Position numbers and translations under genes: made by a program | Assembly: GCA_964016885.1 (NCBI GenBank) | Contig: OZ024744.1 | Coordinates: forward strand, 5,208,001-5,272,000 | Origin: Eledone cirrhosa | Lineage: Eukaryota | Length of the DNA stretch: 64,000 nucleotides | Reading direction: 5' to 3' | The notes under the pieces: model-generated | The model's database searches: none | What the model was told of the DNA's origin: nothing | Seen by the model: the letters and a program-made list of their open reading frames with translations, nothing else | Shown: positions 1 to 9,600 of the stretch, in pieces | Layout of the letters: each line of letters opens with the position of its first letter | How positions within the stretch are numbered: position 1 is the stretch's first letter

Positions 1-26
1 GGTAGACAGTGGCGTTGGTAGCAGAG

Positions 27-42
27 GTCTATCTTGGTAGAC
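27..42. other. Dyad symmetry GTCTA-TCTTGG-TAGAC across the monomer junction (first instance; repeated about every 35 bp)
   Basis: GTCTA is the reverse complement of TAGAC. An extra T.G pair closes a CTTG loop. The variant GTCTACCTTGGTAGAC (e.g. 167-182) gives a perfect 6-bp stem. Function is not shown. Confidence 0.7.
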
Positions 43-3000
43 AGTAGTGTTGGTAGCAGAGGTCTATCTTGGTAGACAGTGGTGTTGGTAGCTGAGGTCT
101 AACTTGGTAGACAGTGGTGTTGGTAGCAGAGGTCTATCTTAGTAGACAGTGGTGTTGGTAGCAGAGGTCTACCTTGGTAGACAGTGGTGTCGGTAGCAGA
201 GCTCTATCCTGGTAGACAGTGGTGTTGGTAGCAGAGGTCTATCTTGGTAGACAGTGAGGTTGGTAGCAGAGGTCTATGTTGGTAGACAGTGGTGTCGGTA
301 GCAGAGCTCTATCTTGGTAGACAGTGGTGTTGGTAGCAGAAGTCTATCTTGGTAGACAGTGAGGTTGGGAGCAGAGGTCTATGTTGGTAGACAGTGGTGT
401 TGGTAGCAGAGGTCTATCTTGGTAGACAGTGGTGTTGGTAGGAGAGGTTTATCTTGGTAGACAGTGGTGTTGGTAGCAGAGGTCTATGTTGGTAGACAGT
501 GGTGTTGGTAGCAGAGGTATATCTTGGTAGGCAGTGGTGTTGGTAGCAGAGCTCTATCTTGGTAGACAGTGGTGTTGGTAGCAGAGGTCTATCTTGGTAG
601 ACAGTGGTGTTGGTAGCAGAGGTCTATGTTAGTAGAAAGTGAGGTTGGTAGCAGAGGTCTATCTTGGTAGACAGTGAGGGTGGTAGCAGAGGTCTATCTT
701 GGTAAACAGAGGTGTTGGTAGCAGAGGTCTATCTTGGTAGACAGTGAGGTTGGTATCAGAGGTCTATCTTGGTAGACAGTGAGGTTGGTAGCAGAGGTCT
801 ATGTTGGTAGACAGTGGTGTTGGTAGCATAGGTCTATCTTGGTAGACAGTGGTGTTGGTAGCAGAGGTCTATGTTGGTAGACAGTGGTGTTGGTAGTAGA
901 GGTCTATCTTGGTAGACAGTGGTGTTGGTAGCAGATGTCTATCTTGATAGACAGTGGTGTTGGTAGCAGAGGTCTATCCTGGTAGACAGTGGTGTTGGTA
1001 GCAAATATCTATCTTGGTAGACAGTGGTGTTGGTAGCAGAGGTCTATGTTGGTAGACAGTGGTATTGGTAGCAGAGGTCTATCTTGGTAGACAGTGGTGT
1101 TGGTAGCAGAGGTCTATCTTGGTAGACAGTGGTGTTGGTAGCAGAGGTCTATCTTGGTAGACAGTGGTGTTGGTAGCAGAGGTCTATCTTGGTAGACAGT
1201 GGTGTTGGTAGCAGAGGTCTATGTTGGTAGACAGTGAGGTTGGTAGCAGAGGTCTATGTTGGTAGACAGTGGTGTTGGTAGCAGAGGTCTATCTTGGTAG
1301 ACAGTGGTGTTGGTAGAAGAGGTCTATGTTGGTAGACAGTGAGGTTGGTAGCAGAGGTCTATCTTGGTAGACAGTGAAGTTGGTAGCAGAGGTCTATCTT
1401 GGTAGACAGTGAGGGTGGTAGCAGAGGTCTATCTTGGTAGACAGTGGTGTTCGTAGCAGAGGTCTATCTTGGTAGACAGTGGTGTTGGTAGCAGAGGTCT
1501 AACTTGGTAGACAGTGAGGTTGGTAGCAGAGGTCTATCTTGGTAGACAGTGGTGTTGGTAGCAGAGCTCTATCTTGGTAGACAGTGGGGTGGGTAGCAGA
1601 GGTCTATGTTGGTAGACAGTGGTGTTGGTAGCAGAGGTCTATGTTGGTAGACAGTGGTGTTGGTAGCAGAGGTCTATGTTGGTAGACAGTGGTGTTGGTA
1701 GCAGAGGTTAATCTTGGTAGACAGTGGTGTTGGTAGCAGAGATCTATCTTGGTAGACAGTAGTGTTGGTAGCAGAGGTCTATGTTGGTAGACAGTGGTGT
1801 TTGTAGCAGAGGTCTATGTTGGTAGACAGTGGTGTTGGAAGCAGAGGTCTATCTTAGTAGACAGTGGTGTTGGTACTGAGGTCTATGTTGGTAGACAGTG
1901 AGGTTGGTAGCAGAGGTCTATATTGGTAGACAGTGAGGTTGGTAGCAGAGGTATATCTTGGTAGACAGTGAGGTTGGTAGCAGAGCTCTATCTTGGTAGA
2001 CAGTGGTGTTGGTAGCAGAGGTCTATCTTGGTAGACAGTGGTGTTGGTAGCAGAGGTCTATCTTGGTAGACAGTGGTGTTGGTAGCAGAGGTCTATGTTG
2101 GTAGACAGTGGTGTTGGTAGCAGAGGTATATCTTGGTAGGCAGTGGTGTTGGTAGCAGAGCTCTATCTTGGTAGACAGTGGTGTTGGTAGCAGAGGTCTT
2201 TCTTGGTAGACAGTGGTGTTGCTAGCAGAGGTCTATGTTGGTAGAAAGTGAGGTTGGTAGCTGAGATCTATGTTGGTAGACAGTGGTTTTGGTAGCAGAA
2301 GTCTATCTTGGTAGACAGTGAGGTTGGTAGCAGAGGTCTATCTTGGTAGACAGTGGTGTTGGTAGCAGAGGTCTATCTTGGTAGACAGTGGTGTTGGTAG
2401 CAGAGGTCTATCTTGGTAGACAGTGGTGTTGGTAGCAGAAGTCTATCTTGGTAGACAGTGGTGTTGCTAGCAGAGGTCTATCTTGGTAGACAGTGGTGTT
2501 GCTAGCAAAGGTCTATGTCGGTAGACAGTGAGGTTGGTAGCAGAGGTCTATCTTGGTAGACAGTGAGGGTGGTTGCAGAGGTCTATCTTGGTAGACAGTG
2601 GTGTTGGTAGCAGAGGTCTAGCTTGGTAGACAGTGAGGTTGGTATCAGAGGTCTATCTTGGTAGACAGTGAGGTTGGTAGCAGAGGTCTATGTTGGTAGA
2701 CAGTGGTGTTGGTAGCATAGGTCTATCTTGGTAGACAGTGGTGTTGGTAGCAGAGGTCTATGTTGGTAGACAGTGGTGTTGGTAGTAGAGGTCTATCTTG
2801 GTAGACAGTGGTGTTGGTAGCAGATGTCTATCTTGGTAGACAGTGGTGTTGGTAGCAGAGGTCTATCTTGGTAGACAGTGGTGTTGGTAGCAGATATCTA
2901 TCTTGGTAGACAGTGGTGTTGGTAGCAGAGGTCTATGTTGGTAGACAGTGGTGTTGGTAGCAGAGGTCTATCTTGGTAGTCAGTGGTGTTGGTAGCAGAG

Positions 3001-4106
3001 GTCTATCTTGGTAGACAGTGGTGTTGGTAGCAGAGGTCTATGTTGGTAGACAGTGAGGTTGGTAGCAGAGGTCTATCTTGGTAGACAGTGGTGTTGGTAG
3101 CAGAGGTCTATGTTGGTAGACAGTGGTGTTGGTAGCAGAGGTCTATCTTGGTAGATAGTGAGGTTGGTAGTAGAGGTCTATGTTGGTAGACATTGGTGTT
3201 GGTAGCAGAGTTCTATCTTGGTAGACAGTGGTGTTGGTAGCAGAGGTCTATGTTGGTAGACAGTGGTGTTGGTAATAGAGGTCTATCTTGGTAGACAGTG
3301 GTGTTGGTAGCAGATGTCTATCTTGGTAGACAGTGGTGTTGGTACCAGAGGTCTATCTTGGTAGACAGTGGTGTTGGTAGGAGAGGTCTATCTTGGTAGA
3401 CAGTGGTGTTGGTAGCAGAGGTCTATCTTGGTAGAAAGTGGTGTTGGTAGGAGAGGTCTATCTTGGTAGACAGTGGTGTTGGTAGCAGAGGTCTATCTTG
3501 GTAGACAGTGGTGTTGGTAGCAGAGGTCTATATTGGTAGACAGTGGTGTTGGTAGCAGATGTCTATCTTGGTAGACAGTGGTGTTGGTAGCAGAGGTCTA
3601 TCTTGGTAGACAGTGGTGGTGGTAGCAGAGGTCTATCTTGTTAGACAGTGTTGTTGGTAGCAGAGGTCTATCTTAGTAGACAGTGGTGTTGGTAGCAGAG
3701 GTCTATCCTGGTAGACAGTGGTGTTGGTAGCAGAGGTCTATCTTGGTAGACAGTAGTGTTGGTAGCAGAGGTCTATCTTGGTAGACAGTGGTGTTGGTAG
3801 CTGAGGTCTAACTTGGTAGACAGTGGTGTTGGTAGCAGAGGTCTATCTTAGTAGACAGTGGTTTGGTAGCAGAGGTCTACCTTGGTAGACAGTGGTGTCG
3901 GTAGCAGAGCTCTATCCTGGTAGACAGTGGTGTTGGTAGCAGAGGTCTATCTTGGTAGACAGTGAGGTTGGTAGCAGAGGTCTATGTTGGTAGACAGTGG
4001 TGTCGGTAGCAGAGCTCTATCTTGGTAGACAGTGGTGTTGGTAGCAGAAGTCTATCATGGTAGACAGTGAGGTTGGGAGCAGAGGTCTATGTTGGTAGAC
4101 AGTGGT

Positions 4107-6606
4107 GTTGGTAGCAGAGGTCTATCTTGGTAGACAGTGGTGTTGGTAGCAGAGGTTTATCTTGGTAGACAGTGGTGTTGGTAGCAGAGGTCTATGTTGG
4201 TAGACAGTGGTGTTGGTAGCAGAGGTATATCTTGGTAGGCAGTGGTGTTGGTAGCAGAGCTCTATCTTGGTAGACAGTGGTGTTGGTAGCAGAGGTCTAT
4301 CTTGGTAGACAGTGGTGTTGGTAGCAGAGGTCTTTCTTGGTAGACAGTGGTGTTGGTAGCAGAGGTCTATGTTGGTAGAAAGTGAGGTTGGTAGCAGAGG
4401 TCTATCTTGGTAGACAATGAGGTTGGTAGCAGAGGTCTATGTTGGTAGACAGTGGTGTTGGTAGCATAGGTCTATCTTGGTAGACAGTGGTGTTGGTAGC
4501 AGAGGTCTATGTTGGTAGACAGTGGTGTTGGTAGTAGAGGTCTATCTTGGTAGACAGTGGTGTTGGTAGCAGATGTCTATCTTGGTAGACAGTGGTGTTG
4601 GTAGCAGAGGTCTATCTTGGTAGACAGTGGTGTTGGTAGCAAATATCTATCTTGGTAGACAGTGTTGTTGGTAGCAGAGTTCTATGTTGGTAGACAGTGG
4701 TGTTGGTAGCAGAGGTCTATCTTGGTAGACAGTGAGGGTGGTTGCAGAGGTCTATCTTGGTAGACAGTGGTGTTGGTAGCAGAGGTCTATCTTGGTAGAC
4801 AGTGAGGTTGGTATCAGAGGTCTATCTTGGTAGACAGGGAGGTTGGTAGCAGAGGTCTATGTTGGTAGACAGTGGTGTTGGTAGCATAGGTCTATCTTGG
4901 TAGACAGTGGTGTTGGTAGCAGAGGTCTATGTTGGTAGACAGTGGTGTTGGTAGTAGAGGTCTATCTTGGTAGACAGTGGTGTTGGTAGCAGATGTCTAT
5001 CTTGGTAGACAGTGGTGTTGGTAGCAGAGGTTAATCTTGGTAGACAGTGGTGTTGGTAGCAGAGGTCTATGTTGGTAGACAGTGGTGTTGATAGCAGAGG
5101 TTAATCTTGGTAGACAGTGGTGTTGGTAGCAGAGGTCTATCTTGGTAGACAGTGGTGTTGGTAGAAGAGGTCTATCTTGGTAGACAGTGGTGTTGGTAGC
5201 AGAGATCTATGTTGGTAGACAGTGGTGTTGGTAGCAGAGGTCTATCTTAGTAGACAGTGGTGTTGGTAGCAGAGGTCTATCTTGGTAGACAGTGAAGTTG
5301 GTAGCAGAGGTCTATCTTGGTAGACAGTGAGGTTGGTAGCAGAGGTCTATCTTGGTAGACAGTGGTGTTGGTAGCAGAGGTTTATCTTGGTAGACAGTGG
5401 TGTTGGTAGCAGAGGTCTATGTTGGTAGACAGTGGTGTTGGTAGCAGAGGTATATCTTGGTAGGCAGTGGTGTTGGTAGCAGAGCTCTATCTTGGTAGAC
5501 AGTGGTGTTGGTAGCAGAGGTCTATCTTGGTAGACAGTGGTGTTGGTAGCAGAGGTCTTTCTTGGTAGACAGTGGTGTTGGTAGCAGAGGTCTATGTTGG
5601 TAGAAAGTGAGGTTGGTAGCAGAGGTCTATCTTGGTAGACAATGAGGTTGGTAGCAGAGGTCTATGTTGGTAGACAGTGGTGTTGGTAGCATAGGTCTAT
5701 CTTGGTAGACAGTGGTGTTGGTAGCAGAGGTCTATGTTGGTAGACAGTGGTGTTGGTAGTAGAGGTCTATCTTGGTAGACAGTGGTGTTGGTAGCAGATG
5801 TCTATCTTGGTAGACAGTGGTGTTGGTAGCAGAGGTCTATCTTGGTAGACAGTGGTGTTGGTAGCAAATATCTATCTTGGTAGACAGTGTTGTTGGTAGC
5901 AGAGTTCTATGTTGGTAGACAGTGGTGTTGGTAGCAGAGGTCTATCTTGGTAGACAGTGAGGGTGGTTGCAGAGGTCTATCTTGGTAGACAGTGGTGTTG
6001 GTAGCAGAGGTCTACCTTGGTAGACAGTGAGGTTGGTATCAGAGGTCTATCTTGGTAGACAGGGAGGTTGGTAGCAGAGGTCTATGTTGGTAGACAGTGG
6101 TGTTGGTAGCATAGGTCTATCTTGGTAGACAGTGGTGTTGGTAGCAGAGGTCTATGTTGGTAGACAGTGGTGTTGGTAGTAGAGGTCTATCTTGGTAGAC
6201 AGTGGTGTTGGTAGCAGATGTCTATCTTGGTAGACAGTGGTGTTGGTAGCAGAGGTTAATCTTGGTAGACAGTGGTGTTGGTAGCAGAGGTCTATGTTGG
6301 TAGACAGTGGTGTTGATAGCAGAGGTTAATCTTGGTAGACAGTGGTGTTGGTAGCAGAGGTCTATCTTGGTAGACAGTGGTGTTGGTAGAAGAGGTCTAT
6401 CTTGGTAGACAGTGGTGTTGGTAGCAGAGATCTATGTTGGTAGACAGTGGTGTTGGTAGCATAGGTCTATCTTAGTAGACAGTGGTGTTGGTAGCAGAGG
6501 TCTATCTTGGTAGACAGTGAAGTTGGTAGCAGAGGTCTATCTTGGTAGACAGTGAGGTTGGTAGCAGAGGTCTATCTTGGTAGACAGTGGTGTTGGTAGC
6601 AGAGGT
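4107..6606. repeat. Local tandem duplication, period 1,225 bp (35 monomers)
   Basis: Markers TTTATC 4156/5381, AATGAGG 4416/5641, AGGGAGG 4836/6061 and AGTGAAG 5291/6516 are all offset by 1225. Confidence 0.93.
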
Positions 6607-9600
6607 CTATCTTGGTAGACAGTGAGGTTGGTAACAGAGGTCTATCTTGGTAGACAGTGGTGTTGTAGCAGAGGTCTATCTCGGTAGACAGTGAAGTTGG
6701 TAGCAGAGGTCTATGCTGGTAGACAGTGGTGTTGGTAGCAGAGGTCTATCTTGGTAGACAGTGGTGTTGGTAGCAGAGGTCTATCTTGGTAGACAGTGCT
6801 GTTGGTAGCAGAGGTCTATGTTGGTAGACAGTGAGGTTGGTAGCAGAGGTCTATCTTGGTAGATAGTGATGTTGGTAGCAGAGGTCTATCTTGGTAGACA
6901 GTGAGGTTGGTATGAGAGGTCTATCTTGGTAGACAGTGGTGTTGGTAGCAGAGGTCTAAGTTGGTAGACAGTGGTGTTGGTAGCAGAGGTCTATCTTGGT
7001 AGATAGTGAGGTTGGTAGTAGAGGTCTATGTTGGTAGACATTGGTTTTGGTAGCATAGTTCTATCTTGGTAGACAGTGGTGTTGGTAATAGAGGTCTATC
7101 TTGGTAGACAGTGGTGTTGGTAGCAGATGTCTATCTTGGTAGACAGTGGTGTTGGTAGAAGAGGTCTATGTTGGTAGACAGTGAGGTTGGTAGCAGAGGT
7201 CTATCTTGGTAGACAGTGAAGTTGGTAGCAGAGGTCTATCTTGGTAGACAGTGAGGGTGGTAGCAGAGGTCTATCTTGGTAGACAGTGGTGTTCGTAGCA
7301 GAGGTCTATCTTGGTAGACAGTGGTGTTGGTAGCAGAGGTCTAACTTGGTAGACAGTGAGGTTGGTAGCAGAGGTCTATCTTGGTAGACAGTGGTGTTGG
7401 TAGCAGAGGTCTATCTTGGTAGACAGTGGGGTGGGTAGCAGAGGTCTATGTTGGTAGACAGTGGTGTTGGTAGCAGAGGTCTATGTTGGTAGACAGTGGT
7501 GTTGGTAGCAGAGGTCTATGTTGGTAGACAGTGGTGTTGGTAGCAGAGGTTAATCTTGGTAGACAGTGGTGTTGGTAGCAGAGATCTATCTTGGTAGACA
7601 GTAGTGTTGGTAGCAGAGGTCTATGTTGGTAGACAGTGGTGTTTGTAGCAGAGGTCTATGTTGGTAGACAGTGGTGTTGGAAGCAGAGGTCTATCTTAGT
7701 AGACAGTGGTGTTGGTACTGAGGTCTATGTTGGTAGACAGTGAGGTTGGTAGCAGAGGTCTATATTGGTAGACAGTGAGGTTGGTAGCAGAGGTATATCT
7801 TGGTAGACAGTGAGGTTGGTAGCAGAGCTCTATCTTGGTAGACAGTGGTGTTGGTAGCAGAGGTCTATCTTGGTAGACAGTGGTGTTGGTAGCAGAGGTC
7901 TATGTTGGTAGACAGTGGTGTTGGTAGCAGAGGTATATCTTGGTAGGCAGTGGTGTTGGTAGCAGAGCTCTATCTTGGTAGACAGTGGTGTTGGTAGCAG
8001 AGGTCTTTCTTGGTAGACAGTGGTGTTGCTAGCAGAGGTCTATGTTGGTAGAAAGTGAGGTTGGTAGCTGAGATCTATGTTGGTAGACAGTGGTTTTGGT
8101 AGCAGAAGTCTATCTTGGTAGACAGTGAGGTTGGTAGCAGAGGTCTATCTTGGTAGACAGTGGTGTTGGTAGCAGAGGTCTATCTTGGTAGACAGTGGTG
8201 TTGGTAGCAGAGGTCTATCTTGGTAGACAGTGGTGTTGGTAGCAGAAGTCTATCTTGGTAGACAGTGGTGTTGGTAGCAGAGGTCTATCTTGGTAGACAG
8301 TGGTGTTGCTAGCAGAGGTCTATCTTGGTAGACAGTGGTGTTGCTAGCAAAGGTCTATGTCGGTAGACAGTGAGGTTGGTAGCAGAGGTCTATCTTGGTA
8401 GACAGTGAGGGTGGTTGCAGAGGTCTATCTTGGTAGACAGTGGTGTTGGTAGCAGAGGTCTAGCTTGGTAGACAGTGAGGTTGGTATCAGAGGTCTATCT
8501 TGGTAGACAGTGAGGTTGGTAGCAGAGGTCTATGTTGGTAGACAGTGGTGTTGGTAGCATAGGTCTATCTTGGTAGACAGTGGTGTTGGTAGCAGAGGTC
8601 TATGTTGGTAGACAGTGGTGTTGGTAGTAGAGGTCTATCTTGGTAGACAGTGGTGTTGGTAGCAGATGTCTATCTTGGTAGACAGTGGTGTTGGTAGCAG
8701 AGGTCTATCTTGGTAGACAGTGGTGTTGGTAGCAGATATCTATCTTGGTAGACAGTGGTGTTGGTAGCAGAGGTCTATGTTGGTAGACAGTGGTGTTGGT
8801 AGCAGAGGTCTATCTTGGTAGTCAGTGGTGTTGGTAGCAGAGGTCTATCTTGGTAGACAGTGGTGTTGGTAGCAGAGGTCTATGTTGGTAGACAGTGAGG
8901 TTGGTAGCAGAGGTCTATCTTGGTAGACAGTGGTGTTGGTAGCAGAGGTCTATGTTGGTAGACAGTGGTGTTGGTAGCAGAGGTCTATCTTGGTAGATAG
9001 TGAGGTTGGTAGTAGAGGTCTATGTTGGTAGACATTGGTGTTGGTAGCAGAGTTCTATCTTGGTAGACAGTGGTGTTGGTAGCAGAGGTCTATGTTGGTA
9101 GACAGTGGTGTTGGTAATAGAGGTCTATCTTGGTAGACAGTGGTGTTGGTAGCAGATGTCTATCTTGGTAGACAGTGGTGTTGGTACCAGAGGTCTATCT
9201 TGGTAGACAGTGGTGTTGGTAGGAGAGGTCTATCTTGGTAGACAGTGGTGTTGGTAGCAGAGGTCTATCTTGGTAGAAAGTGGTGTTGGTAGGAGAGGTC
9301 TATCTTGGTAGACAGTGGTGTTGGTAGCAGAGGTCTATCTTGGTAGACAGTGGTGTTGGTAGCAGAGGTCTATATTGGTAGACAGTGGTGTTGGTAGCAG
9401 ATGTCTATCTTGGTAGACAGTGGTGTTGGTAGCAGAGGTCTATCTTGGTAGACAGTGGTGGTGGTAGCAGAGGTCTATCTTGTTAGACAGTGTTGTTGGT
9501 AGCAGAGGTCTATCTTAGTAGACAGTGGTGTTGGTAGCAGAGGTCTATCCTGGTAGACAGTGGTGTTGGTAGCAGAGGTCTATCTTGGTAGACAGTAGTG

